Origin: Octopus sinensis
Taxonomy: Eukaryota
DNA length: 64,000 nt
Direction: 5' to 3'
Assembly: GCF_006345805.1 (NCBI RefSeq)
Contig: NC_043000.1
Coordinates: 60,450,001 to 60,514,000 of the forward strand
In this document: piece after piece, positions 25,053 to 38,840 of the stretch
Numbering within the stretch: the stretch's first letter is position 1
Layout: each line of letters starts with the position of its first letter
Position numbers and translations under genes: made by a program
The notes under the pieces: model-generated
What the model was told of the DNA's origin: nothing
Database searches by the model: none
Seen by the model: only the letters and a program-made list of their open reading frames with translations

Positions 25053-26688
25053 CTGCAACAAAAATAATGACATTATTCTTTAAAAAAGATCTCCAAAGAT
25101 TTTAATGCATTTATTAAAATAAGGTTAAATATATAATCTGAAATTTATGATCAAGCAATGTCTTGAATTGTTTACTTGTCTTCATACTAAATAGTTGGTA
25201 GTAAGTACCAGAGATGATTATCTATGATATACAGGAGATGTAAAACTTGTAAAAGTCAACAACTGTAGTTTAAACAGACATTCATAAACTTCCGTTACTT
25301 ATTAATATATTCATAGAACAATATAAGTGCAAATAATCAATTTGGTACATAACACATCTAGGAGAAAAATGAACCTGGAAGCAATCTTCAGAGTATATAA
25401 TTGGTGCGTGTGTGTACAACTTTTGGATTACCTCTTTTTCAGCATTTTTTTTGTTGCTTAACCCAAATTAGCTTTGATCAAGCAAATATATGATCATAGG
25501 AACACAAGCTATGTGCAGCCTGTCTTTTTGTCTGGAATATTGTACTTGAGCTATATTATCAAATATATATTTCCTTTTAACGTAGTTGGGTGTGATTTGA
25601 AGGAAATTTGGCTCCTATTTCTAGCACAGAGAAACCAATTAAAGAATGATGTGCAAGTAAAATAGAAAAGTGGTTTCTTAAGATATACTAGATCATCATC
25701 ATCATTGTTTAATGTTAATGTCTACTTTCCAGACTGGTATGTGTAGGACGGCTTTACATAGAGCTGTCCAGACTCCAGCTGTGTGTTGAGGCTGATTTTT
25801 ATGGCTATCTTCACTTAAATATGGATGGTCTGTAAGAACAAACTTTACTGTGGTAAATATCATGCAAAAAACTTTCATATTGGCTTTTGGTGCAAAATGC
25901 ACTCTTGTTTATATCACTAGCAGAGAGATAAACAAAAGTCAATGAGAACTTCTCTCATGATATGTACCACAGTATAGTCCGTTTAACAGAACATCCACAT
26001 ATTAGTGGGATAATTATTACCTCTCAGCATTAATACTGCCTTTGTCACTAATATATATAATTGATATATAACTCCATCTCCAAAATATTTGAAAAAATCA
26101 TTTGAATTAATCTAAGATTCTTCAAAGTAATATATTGCATAATTTCAGTGAGCAGTGATTTCAAGAATGTAATAGCACAATTTAAATTACACAAACTGTT
26201 ACATGTGTATGTTAATCTGACAGCCAGTTTCTTCCATTGTAGGTACTTCACAGAACACAAAATCAATGATTTTTTTTTTTTTTTACAAAGTTTTAAATGA
26301 ATCAACACCTGTATATAGAGACTTATTTTACAGACTCTGGAAGAATAAAAAAGCAAAACTGATTCCACTGAGATTTGAACTCAGAACACTAATATCTTTC
26401 TGAAGCAAAAATTATCCAATGTGTCATTTTTCTTTAACAGAGTTAATGCACAACTGAAGGAGATTGACTGCTGTATCTAGAAGTGAGCAACCGCATAAAG
26501 GCTCCTACACTGTTTGTCTACTTTAGTAAAGCTGATGGTATTACTGATTCACAATCTCATTATAGCACTGGTACTGGTTACACTGATCCTGAAAGATATT
26601 GACTGTAGTGAAGCACAAAACTTGAATGCTGTAATACATCACATAGCTCATTAACACAAAGCTTTCTCTAAACCTAAAATATACTTAC

Positions 26689-26819
26689 AGGATCAGTAGT
26701 CCATCTGTTTGGAATTATGGGTCGTTGCTGATCAACAGAAACTACTTTTCTCATATCCTCAAAACTGGGATCACTTGGAACAACATCCCAAAATGGTGGC
26801 TTGTATTCTTCAGAAATAC
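26689..26819 (-). CDS. ACVR1: Receptor kinase exon (131 nt): (G)[43 protein letters not shown]
   Basis: ctgcag acceptor and GTAAGT donor. Typical [16 protein letters not shown]/RPxIPNRW segment. Confidence 0.96.
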
Positions 26820-28954
26820 CTGCAGAATAGAAGAGAAAATTATTTATCAGTATTATTGACCTGAATAATTACATTAATATTTGTATCATGGACGTGTGAA
26901 ATAAATAAGAAATTTGGAACCTGGACAATTGTCTTCAACAAAGCCTTGGGCCGACCAAAGTGTTGTGAGTGCATTAGGGAGACAGAAACTGAAAGAAGCT
27001 TGCCATATATGTGTGTGAGATTGTGTGTCTGTACCCCACCACCACTTGACAACCAGTGTCAGTGTGTTTATGTCCCCATAACTTAAAGATCTGGCAAAAG
27101 AGACCAACAGGATAAGTACCAGGCCTATCAAAAAAATTATTTTAAAATAAGTAGTGGGATCGATTCATTCAACTAAAGATTCTTCACGGCGGTGCTCCAG
27201 CTTGGCCACAGTCTAATGACTTACTGAAATAAGTATAAGAAAGAAAAAAAAATTGATTGCTTGACTCTTTGTAGTAAGAGATATATGACTAGAAAAGTAC
27301 AAACTTATTGACTTTAAGGATAGGAGAAACTGGAATTATAATGCTGACACTTTTGAGCAAGTGTGTTTCTGAATTATCTTAATTAAGACCTAGGCACAAA
27401 ATAGCATTCTACCATAAAGTACTTTTTATCTCTATAGCATCAGCTATTGCAGAGCAAATGTTGAAAGTATTTGCCATAGAGCATTGATGCATTTGAATAA
27501 GAATAACTGAAAATGAACAGAAATCTGTTGAAAGTAATCTTGATACCAACTTGCCCCAGACAATCTCTGCTTCTGTAACACAAAACTATCACTTTCATAA
27601 AATATTCATACCTAAATTTAAAATTCCATTGTGACTCTATGTAAGACACTTTTGTTAAGTTTACAAACACCAAACTTAATGGAGAAGTTAGTTTAAAAAC
27701 ATCCCTTAAGTTTTCAATTATTTATCAAAGTGATGGAAAATATGTGTATATAGGGTATTTCACTGAAAATGCGGCCACAAAAGGGTTAATTAATACAATT
27801 TTTTTACTTATATATTTATAGTTTAGAAACCACATTATGTCGTTGGGAAACCTACCTTATATTATTTCACTTCAGTTAATTTCAAAAGAAGCGAGGATGA
27901 AAATTAACCGCATAAAGGTAGATAACTCATAAAATAGGCTCTATGGAAAAATTCTGATAAATATTGTCTAACCTGTCAGTGTGGTAAAGCAAATAGGAAA
28001 TGTTCCTTTCTTTCAATATTTTAATAGATCTAATTATTTAGTACTTAAATAATTACATGCTATGTTTCATGTTACACACATGTATACATTTCTATCCATT
28101 TTTCAAATAAATATTTTACTCCAAACTCATATAAAAAGCAGTAATAGTTCAACATAGATTGTATAAAATAAATGACACATTTCTTTTAAATATATATATT
28201 TTTTATATATATAAATACAAAATTCTATTTTTAGAATTTATCAATATCAAGAATAAGAGTAGAGTTTCACCCTAAATTTGGATAGTTGTTGTTTGCTCTA
28301 GATCAGTTTAGACTGAGCAGAAATGATGAAAAGAGCTTTTAGCTGTGATCATTGCATCTTTTCTAGTGGTAGGGTATGATTTTTAACAGACAAATCAAAA
28401 ACGACTGCTATTTTGAGTAGGTCAAACAACCACATATTGCAGTGGTTCTTAACATTTTTTCTATTTTCTGATGCACTGGGGATCAGATAAAAAGTTAATG
28501 CTGCACTTTGCATAGAGAGACAAAAACTTAGAAAAATATTGCTTACCTTATTTTATAGATCACACATGTGTATAACAAATTTATGAATAAGATGTTTGTT
28601 TTTCAAGATACTCAAGCATTAATGTTGATTTTCTAAAACCTCAAATAATATTTTTAAACAGTGCTCTGCTTGAATAACTTCTAAGGCTCCTCCATTTGCT
28701 TATACTAAGATATTTTCTTATTTTGAAGTGAGCAATGATTTGAAAATTGATTGCATTACTAAGTGCATTTAGAGCAGAACTCATGAATATCTCAAAATAC
28801 AAACTCATCAAGCTTTACACACACATACATACTTCAATAAACAAAACGTACTCAGCAATAAACAAATAAACATTAATATATATTCAGAAATATTCTGAAC
28901 ATAATAGAATTGGTACAACTTAAAAAAATAAATAAATAAAAGAAGCTGAATTAC

Positions 28955-29575
28955 CTCCAAGAGCACAACGGCGTGTTATTTCCCAGAGAACCAGACCAAA
29001 GGCATACACATCAATACATTTGAATGACTCAAATAGATAAGTGTTCAAATGATCATCAAGGACCTCGGGTGCCATGTAACGTTTTGTCCCCACCTTGGTG
29101 TTGTTTCCAAGATCTAAGGTGTTCGTTGTTTGACTGTGTATGACAGCAAGTCCAAGATCACCAATGCAACAGGAACCATCTTTTTTGACCAGGATATTCT
29201 TTGATTTAATATCCCGGTGTGCAATAGCAGGCTTTCCTTGTTTTCCAAGAATTTCTGAATGAAGGTGAACGAGACCTGCTGCTGCTGAATAAGCCAGAAG
29301 TAGCATCGACTGATGGTTTAAAACTACTCTCTGTAAGTAGTCATAGAGGGAGCCATTGACATGGTAGTGCATGATGAGCCATAGCTGAGTGCATGAATTA
29401 CGACTGGTCATGTCTGATGCTAAGTATCCAAGAATATTATCATGACGTAGTAAAACGGTGTTATAAATTTCAGTTTCACGATCCCAGCTGGCTTCATCTC
29501 GAGAAGAAAATGTCTTGACAGCAACAACTTCACCATGATAGGTTCCTTTCCACACTTCTCCATATCGTCCTTTAC
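28955..29575 (-). CDS. ACVR1: Receptor Ser/Thr kinase main exon (621 nt), GKGRYGEVW...[11 protein letters not shown]
   Basis: Part of ORF 28920..29669. Has GxGxx[19 protein letters not shown] and APE. L45 region [12 protein letters not shown] is ALK1/ALK2/Sax type (Smad1/5/8 specificity). tttcag acceptor and GTAATT donor. Confidence 0.98.
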
Positions 29576-31209
29576 CTGAAATCAAAACAAAATTTGTTAA
29601 TTTAATGTAATTTCTTATATTGGCATAAAACCACACAATTATGAGAGGGAGTGTAATGAATTGAATCAATGCCCAGCACCCAGAAAGGTGAAAAGCAAAG
29701 TCAATCCCGACAAGCTTTAGAGTCAGAATATAGACAAGGTATTTTCCCTGGCTATTTTTGCCCTTTAACTACCTTTGCTCTAAAAATTTTGTCTTTCCAC
29801 TTTCTTTAAACTGGCCATATCTGACCAAAATATTCTGTCTGTTTTATGCTCAAACTGGCCTGATCCAACATTTTACACCTACCTTTTAATGTCATTCTAA
29901 AAATAGACAATCACATCATCAAAATCTTGAAGCTATGAGATAATGCACAATTAATTCAAAACAATGTGGATAAATAAACTTTACATTTGACAGGAGAATC
30001 TGAATGCTAAATGTTTATAACAATAAAAATAAACATATTCACCTATCAATTTAACATCATTTCTTTCCTGATTTTTACCCAATGCAAAGGATTATTAAGA
30101 ATAGCAGTATACACAGTATTACAAGAAATTATATTCCACACTGTTACTAAGCCATATTTTTGTAGAAAGTCAACAAAACGACACAAATTCAAGACATTAA
30201 CAAATAATTTTACAACTTACTCACACTCTAATTACATATTTTTATCTAAACAATTTTAACCATACGGAGGTATTTAAAATCAACATTTTAGTAACTGCTT
30301 AATAGTTTGGTAAATTTTCATTGTTAATTGATGATTTAAATGCGCTGTTTTTCACTCAATGTGATCTGGTGCTCAACTAGATCACATTGGTGCTCAGAGT
30401 AGCTTTTCAGTCTTTGCTAGATATCATCCAGCACCTTCAACCATAATCATTAAGTTAGATGATTGACATTTTCTATTTTTCACATATCTTCTTAGATTCT
30501 CACATATATACATAGAGTGGTGTCTAGTATGTGTGTGGTAGTGGTGGGTGGGGCATAATGTGAATAGATCCTTATACATAGGTGACAGAAGAGAGGAACC
30601 AAAAGCAAAATCCTCTACTACACAAGCAAATGTGTAGCAGAGGATACTTAACCCTTCAGCATTTAAACCGACCATACCCAGCTCAGATATTCTACCCATT
30701 GGATCAATTCAAACCTTGTGACCTTGTGAATAAAATTCAGTAGATGGAAACTGTTAGGAAGCCCACTGAACAGACTGAACTTGTAAGTCAAAGGTACAAT
30801 CTTGTAACATATCATGTCACACTGATTCCACCTGAGAATTATGTTAAGGATACACATACCTGTGAAGTATTCAGCCAATCACACATTAATTCAATAACAA
30901 GGTGTATCGGCTGATCAAACAACTTAATCTTCATTGGGGAAACTGACAGACATCCATTTACTTCACAGAGAACCACAGATGGTGTTGGCAGGCAGATCAC
31001 AGCCACTGACATCATTATTTTATACCCATTTTTTTCCATAGTTGCATGGATTTGATATCTATCATAGCATCCCACTGTCCACTCATTGGTTTTCATCTAA
31101 CACACACAGCAACAGAGACAGCTGGCCATTTTTGTTATATATGTCAATATTCTTTGGTAATTTTATGCATATAATTAAACCATATAGAGTCAAGCTTGAC
31201 AATACTTAC

Positions 31210-31309
31210 CAATCATTTCAACCATCATGACTTGTCTGGCTACAGTACTTTGAACAAGAAAAGGCAAACCAGATCCACTTCCAGATGTTACTGATTGTTC
31301 ATAAAGCTC
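31210..31309 (-). CDS. ACVR1: Receptor GS-domain exon (100 nt): [33 protein letters not shown](G)
   Basis: tttacag acceptor and GTAAGT donor. [11 protein letters not shown] box. Confidence 0.96.
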
Positions 31310-34280
31310 CTGTAAAAACACAAATATATTGCACAATCTTTGGTTTTAAAGCAACAAAAACATATCACAACATAACTATAATGTCTAGTTTAATATGGTT
31401 ACTTGACAATGAACTGTTATTTTTTCAATCTGAATTTACTCTCACACCATCACATAAAACTGAAAATTGCACTTTGCTGAATGGTCAGGATATTGGTTTA
31501 ATAGCATGGGCATGACTGTGTGGTAAGAAATTTGCTCTTTAACCACATAGCTCCAAGTTCAGTCCTACTGTGTGGCACCCTGGGCAAGTGTCTTTTAGCA
31601 TAGCTCAGGGCTGACTGACAAGTGAGTGGATTTGGTAGTGGGTAACTGAAAGAAGCCTGTTATATACAAATACACATGTGTGGGTCTTTGTGCATGTATT
31701 GTATTTATGCCCCACCACTGCTTGATAACTGTTGTTGATTTGTTTACATCCCAGTAACTTCAATATATATATTTATATATATATATATATATATATAGAC
31801 GTGCTGGTAGTATCTAAAAAGCACCATCTGAATGTGGTCGATGCCAGTCCTGCCTGACTGGCTCCTATGAGTGGTTGGTGTTAGGAAGGGCATCCAGCTG
31901 TATATATATATATATATATAAAATTATCAATATTTTAATGTCTACTTTTCCATGCTTGATATTTTTGGAGGCAACTTCTTTTTAAAGTTGGACACTCTTA
32001 CTGTCACCGACCATCACCTGTGATGTCTTAACTTAGGTTGGACATGTTACACAAAAGATTGCAAACAAGTGGCGCGACTTGTATGGTGGTAGTGTTTACT
32101 TACAATTAGCACACTATGTCAAGACAAGGAGACGCACATACCAACAACAGGCCTCTTTTTCAGTTTCAGTTTACGAAATTCACTTCTAATGCTTGAGGCT
32201 ATAGTTGAAGACACTTGTTAGGTGGGATGCACCCAGGGACTGAACTGGAAGCCACATAATTTAGCAATAAAGTTCTTAACCGCATGGCTATGTCAGTGCA
32301 TATATAAGCAATACAGTTTGTTACAGAAAATAGATTTTAAGTTTGAGTTCATGCTTAATGAAATAATTAAGCAATCAGACAATAAACATTAGCCAAAAGT
32401 GTTGAAATGTTCTGGATAAAGAAGGTTTCCAGTAGCAGCATGCTGACAGAAGGTGGCAGATTAAATGGGGCACAATTCATAACTTTAAATGAGTTCTTTC
32501 CCTTTAATGGCTGGAAATACCATATAACCTTGCTGTTGTTCTTCACGCTTAAGTTCTGCTTGTTAAGGAGGAAACCAATATTCAACAGGCAATAAAATAA
32601 TTATACCACAAACCCATTCCTATTCTCTTATACATTCACTTTGTGACATGTCATCACCACTATCTGTTTTCTCTCTTTCCAGCTAGCTGACACTTGTTCT
32701 TGTCGCTCTATCATATTTAACATTTCAACAACTTACATACAGTCATCTCCCTCAATACTATACTCCAACTCAGTTGAGTGGTTTTTGTGTTGTGAGTTAC
32801 TTGGTGACCTCACTTGAACCAATGCCATGGAAAAAAATAACTGGTACACTTTATAAAATGGCTGGCATTAGGAAGGACATCCAGCTGTAGAAATCATGTC
32901 AAAGCAGTCACTAGAGTCTAACCCAGTCCTCTGGCTTATAAGATGCTGTTGAACTGTCCAGCACAAAGACAGTTCGACATATATGGAGGATTCATTTAGA
33001 TCAAAACAGAAAGGGGAAAAAATTTACTCGATTATGTAGAAACGTAAATGATATGTGAAAAGCAGGTGAAAATTACATGTGGAATTGTATTAATAGATGG
33101 TAGTAACAAATTTCAGTTTTCTCTAGACACTGTCAAAGTGCTAACATTTTGTAAAAATTTCAAACATTGCATTTAGACAGAATAATGAAAGTTTTTTTTT
33201 TTTTTAATATTAGGTGTTTCTCAACTGGAAGGAAATTGTATTTTTGGTCCAACCTTTAAAAAGCCTGCACATCTCAAAAATGTTCAAGTTGATACTGAAA
33301 TCATTAGCATATTCTTTCAAAGGCAAGATATTATGCAATTTTGCTACATACCTCAATTCTTTTATATGCCCAAATAAAAAAGTATGGCTGAAGTACCATT
33401 ATTAAAATTTACCTTTTGTCATATCTATGTAGTGTTTTGGCATTACATCAAAGTTTGGTGAAGATAACTACTACTTCAGAATTATGATGGATTGAATGGA
33501 CATGCATTAATATTCCTGCATGTATAGATAGCCTTAATAATTTACTAGTTATTAGATTCTTCATATTAATAGTATAATGGAAACTCAGTTTAAGAATGTT
33601 CATATTAAATATCTTTTTGTAACTATAGTTAATAGAGAAATGCTTATCAACTAACACTAGTAATTTCTTGGTAATATTGGACATAACATTAAACAAAAAA
33701 AATTTTTTGATTAAAAAAAGAAGTAAACCAGCTGATCAGACAGCATTTCATCTTAGTCTGAAATGGCAGGGATGAAGAACATGAATTATCTTGTTTTTGA
33801 ATCCACTAGACTCTAATATTTAATTATAGCTGGGGGCCTGCATAACCAAAAATATTGTTATTCAATGACAAACTAGATATCCTTTAGCTAATATTATTTA
33901 TTAACTTTAAAAAATTATGGGTGGGTGACCAGAGTCTATTTTCTAGAAAGGACCCAATACACATACACAAACAATAAACTTTCGTTCAGTTTCTGTCACA
34001 AATTCCAATCACAAGGTATTGGTCAACCGGAGTTTATGGTCAAAGCCACTTACACAGAGTTGGGCATAATTGGAATCAACTTAGAAAACCACATTGGTGT
34101 GAAGTAAACTTTTTAACTACATAGTCATACCATGCTCAAGATTGTAGCCATGTTTTGAACAGTTAATTCTTATGATCAGTATTCAAATATATTACACAAT
34201 CTCAATCTGATTTATTATTTTTTTAATTTTTTATAATAATAAATGGATAAAATATTTCAAACTGAATAAATTCTGCTTAC

Positions 34281-34474
34281 CTTCAGTGAACCCTTCTCAT
34301 CCTTGCTAGCTTTACGTTCACTATCTTCTAAAAGGCATGGTTCTCGTGCACCAAAATCCTCCATTCGACATTTGTGCTTCCATCGAATATAAGCAATGAA
34401 AGCCAGTATTGCAGCATTAAACAGAGCAATAAGTATGAGGATGCTTAATAGAAGCACAAGTGAAGGATTCTTTA
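34281..34474 (-). CDS. ACVR1: Receptor transmembrane exon (194 nt): (V)KNPSLVLLLSILILIALFNAAILAFIAYIRWKHKC...KGSLK
   Basis: caacag acceptor and GTAAGC donor. Hydrophobic helix followed by basic RWKHK; phases match both neighbours. Confidence 0.92.
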
Positions 34475-35693
34475 CTGTTGTTTAATGAAAGAAACAAATA
34501 TTGTTTAGGGAAACAGAATGGTTTTAGAATACTAGTTGACTGTTGACAAATACAAGTTGCATTAGGCTAGAGCTACAAGAACATAAATAAAACAGGTAAA
34601 CGTAAATCTCCATTTTATTGTTCACTGGTCTAACAACCAGAGTTGAAACTTTGTTTCCAATTGTAATTTTATACTGGATGTTATGTCATTTTTTTTTTTA
34701 TTATTAACTTCAAAAATATCAAATACAAAACTGGTTAGATTTTATGAAGTTGGTTAATGACAAGGAAATCTATGACTAGATGTAAGAAGTTATAAGTATA
34801 TATATTTGGAACTATTCCTGCTGCACCAATTGTCCTTGAGAAATAATTCACTGGTTCATGTAATTGAATGGTATGGAGAAACTATTTCATATATGAGCTA
34901 TAGTTATTATATTAGAGTCCTTTTAAAGTTAATTTTTTTCTGTTAGCTCTAGTTGTATTATAATTCTCTTTCAGTTTCTCAAAATATTGTTTATCCAAGC
35001 AATACTGATTATTCATTGTTGTGTAATACAGAAATGGGGTTTGATTGTCATTTGAATAACCTCAGTAAGATTTCTATCAAATTTAATACAAGTCTGGCAG
35101 TCAAAAAAAACATGTGGTGATGGCTTTTCATTTAGAATTATGGAAGCAATTCATTGTTGTCATGTATTTGTATGCTTTGCAGCATGATGACACTACAACA
35201 AAAGGCTTCCAGATTAAGCAAGTTCTCCCATTAAATGAATTCATAGCACTGCCTCATTTGGATTTCCTCATAGAGATATTGGGGTGATTTGCTATTGCCT
35301 TCCCCAACTGAACAGCCATTGACCCACAAGGAGCTTATCCACCCTCCTCACAAGAGTAGCAAGCTATTCAAGTGGGAGGGCTAGTTTAGTTGTGGACCAC
35401 TTGACCGTGGAACAAGTAGTTCTGGTCTACATGGTACCAGTAGCAGGTCTCATCAGCCTGTGATGAGACAATCCCTGACCTGACTATACAAAGCAATTAC
35501 AAAAGAATTCAAATTTTCAGTGATAAGAATATAGATGAAACAAATCTAATAGGGTTACATTATTGTAGCGGAAATAAATGATAAGACTTCTTTGTCCCAC
35601 TGTTAAGGCACAGAGAAACTACTTCACTTCTATAGAGTATTGGATCATTGTAACAGGAGAAAAGCCTGTTCTGGCTTAATGATAATATATTAA

Positions 35694-35938
35694 TCCCTTG
35701 ACGCCAGTATTACCCGAAGCATGCGAGACACTGCTCTGGGATTTTTTTTTTATCTAATGAGGCCACACAAACACACAAGTGCCAACAAGCTCGCGTCTAT
35801 TTACATTCACTGTTACAATAACATAGCGTCGTACATTTACGTTCACCATTACAATAACATAGCGTTGTATATTTATGTTAATCGTGGGTAGGCAAGCGAA
35901 AGTGTGATCGCATATTTGCATCAACCGTTGTCAAGGAG
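35694..35938. mobile_element. piggyBac-like MITE
   Basis: TTAA at 35690-93 and 35939-42; TIR-like tcccttgacg / gtcaaggag; internal ~30-bp tandem duplication. Confidence 0.65.
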
Positions 35939-36673
35939 TTAACTAGAACTGGATATAACTTCATGAAACAACTATTGATATTTACCCAGTGAAAGAGGTG
36001 AGTTGGAAGAAATTGTAAAGATAAAGGTCTTGAAAAGGGTCTTGGTTGCTGCCCTTCCTCCTCTAAGTCAGTGCTCTGCAACCGGTATGCTGCGACACAC
36101 TGGTGTGTCATGAGATGATGCTAGGTGTGCTACAAAGACACCTGAACAAAATTTTTTTCCATATACTTTTAGTTATATTTTTTGTTCAGGTGTGTTACTG
36201 AATTTTGAAAAGAATATAAGTGTACTGCAAGTGAAGAAAGTCAAGGAGCACTTCTCTAATTCAATAAGCTAAATATAACTAGAACACCCAAGAAATTCTT
36301 TCCATAGAAACAAACCCAAACCTGAATATTGTAAATAACCTAATCTCCTAATCTACTCAGTTGTCTTAGCAGCAGTGAGGAACAGGAACACTGGGTTCTT
36401 TCAACAAGAAATGCCTTCTTGCTAAAATCACGAGAAGTATTTTTTATAATCATAGTTGAAGTAGTGAAGTTGTTCTTATAATCATTGTTGGACAGGTACT
36501 AATGAAAAGAACTACTGAATATTTTGAGCAGATGACTACAAAGTATCAAATAGTGAGTACCATAAAAAGCATCAACATCAAATCCAGTTCTCTACTAGCT
36601 GCACCACCATTACAATAGCAATACATAGCAATATCGAATAAAACAAAAAAATGTTTTAGTGTACATAAATTAC

Positions 36674-36854
36674 CTGGAGTAGGTTCAGGAGATAGTGAAA
36701 GGGTCATATTGGTGTTGCACCAACTTTCATTGCAGCATTTAATTAAATACGTGACACTTCGACTTGGGTTGCAACTAAGCAGTTCTGGTCGTTCAGTGCA
36801 ACCTTTTTGATGGATTAACTCCCCATTTCGCTCACGAGTGATGGAAGAAAAACA
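36674..36854 (-). CDS. ACVR1: Receptor ectodomain exon 2 (181 nt): CFSSITRERNGELIHQKGCTERPELLSCNPSRSVTYLIKCCNESWCNTNMTLSLSPEPTP
   Basis: tttacag acceptor and GTAATT donor. Contains the CCx4CN cysteine box of type I receptors; 10 Cys in total with the preceding exon. Confidence 0.92.
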
Positions 36855-38177
36855 CTGTAAAGAAGGTTGGAGATAAAGTTATTGACAAGAATTTAAAACA
36901 TGTATAATAAAACTCTCCTTACATCCTTTTATTTTTTTCTACAGTAAGGTTTGTATATTTGTTTCTTTCTGCGCTAAATAGAAGCATATGCTAAAGACTA
37001 CTGACCAGACATGAATATGGGTCTTTTTCTCTTTTGTATGAATAATAAATTTGTAATTACAATGAATAACAATAACAGGGAAACTATAAACATAGTGGAA
37101 AAAGAAAAAAAAACTGTAGCATATTTCTCTGGTATTTTAAACTTTTTACTGCTAACATTTTGGTCTTTGTTGTATTGACCTTTAGACCTTTGGAATGCAG
37201 ACCTTTTTCTTTTTCATCAGTATATATAAAATTTCCAAGAACACTAGTATTATAGCCCCTGGTACTATACTGAATGGAAGGGAGCCAAGGGTATGTCCCA
37301 GCTGAACACCTACTAGTATCTTTTACCTTTTATTTGTTTTAGTCATTAGACTGCAGCCATGATGGGGCACTGCCTAGAAGAATTTTTAGCCAAATGACTT
37401 AACACCAGTATTTTTTATTTTAAAGCCAGGAACTTATTCTATTAATCTCTTTTGCTGAACTGCTAAGTTATGGAGTTGTAAACACACCAACATTGGTTGC
37501 CAAGCAGTGGTGGGGGACCAACACATACAAACACATACACACAAGCTTCTTTCAGTTTCCATCTACCAAATCCGCTAACAAGGCTTTGGTCAGCCTCAGG
37601 TTGTAATAGAGAACACTTGCCCAAAGTGGTATGCAATGGAGACTGAACCCAGAACCATGTAGTTGGGAGAGTACATAGCTTAAATGGTTCTCATAAGTAA
37701 TTTACCTGTACCTAGTATGAAAGGCCTTCTTCAGACCAGTTAATGCGAAGTGAAATGGTTAGTTTAAGCTTCTGAAGTGGTTTAGCAAAAAATATGGTAT
37801 TTATGTTTTAACAGCATGGCACAAACCGTAACAGCATCTTTTCCAATCTAATTCTATCGACATTAGCTACAGCAAAACCTTCAGTAATTTGAAGCTTCTG
37901 TAATTGATGCTCTCTAGTGTTACTTGATGGTTATACTCAATGTCAGTCCTTTGAGGATAACATCTTCCTGCATGACCCATCATAGACGCTTCTAAATGGT
38001 GGTCTACACTAGAAATAGCAATCAAATCTCCCTCACATCACACAACCTACTGCCCTAAGGAAAGGACTCATTGGATAATGTAATCTTACACACCACTATG
38101 ACAGAATGTTGTGGCTGAAATGTCTTTGATTGTAGTCTGCTTGATCATGGCTGACCCAGGGTTAAACAACAACCTAA

Positions 38178-38840
38178 CAAAAGGTGATATTTATCACAAC
38201 TGAAAAGTGGATGTGTTAAAACACAGAATACTGTGATAGTAACCATGAGAGAACCTCTTATATGGTTTTGTGGTGCATATAAGCAGTCGTTTACAGTGCT
38301 AGTGGAAGCAGTCACTGTTATTTCCAACCATCAGGCATCTACCAATGACAAGGCCAAAGAAGGCCGAAATAACATGATCTGGTAGTCCTGGCAATGGTGA
38401 TGATTGTCTCCTGCTAGCAATGTAAACAAGAGTGCTTATATGCACCACAAAACCATATGTGAGGTTCTCTAATGGTAACTATCAAAGTATTATAAGTGGT
38501 GATAAATATTACCTTTTGGTATTAATAGTGAGTGCTTCTGTTGCTATCATTTTTTAATAAGCCCACTGATTATTTACAACACCAGAGCCTGATTAGGCAC
38601 TGCGATCTCATGTATATCACTAGCATAGCAGTCACTGCTATTTCCATTGGTTAAGTGTCTACCATTGATAATGTCCTGGCAGCATTGATGGTAGTGATTG
38701 TCTCCTGCTAGTGATGTGAACAAGAGTGCTTATATGTACCACAAAACCAAATGAAAGTTTCTCTCGTGGTAACTATCAAAGTATTCTGTGTTCTAATACA
38801 ACATCCACTTTTAAGTTGTGTAAATATTACCTTTTGGTCT
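38178..38840. repeat. Three related copies (one inverted, two direct) of a ~130-220 bp unit in the ACVR1 intron
   Basis: 38178-38310 is the reverse complement of 38400-38520 and 38690-38840 (e.g. tgcttatatgcaccacaaaacc). Confidence 0.8.

Noticed and set aside
33725-33775. CUGAUCA-GAC...GUC-UGAAA hammerhead-like motif
   Set aside because: G8 is mutated, and there is no UH site or stem I complement.
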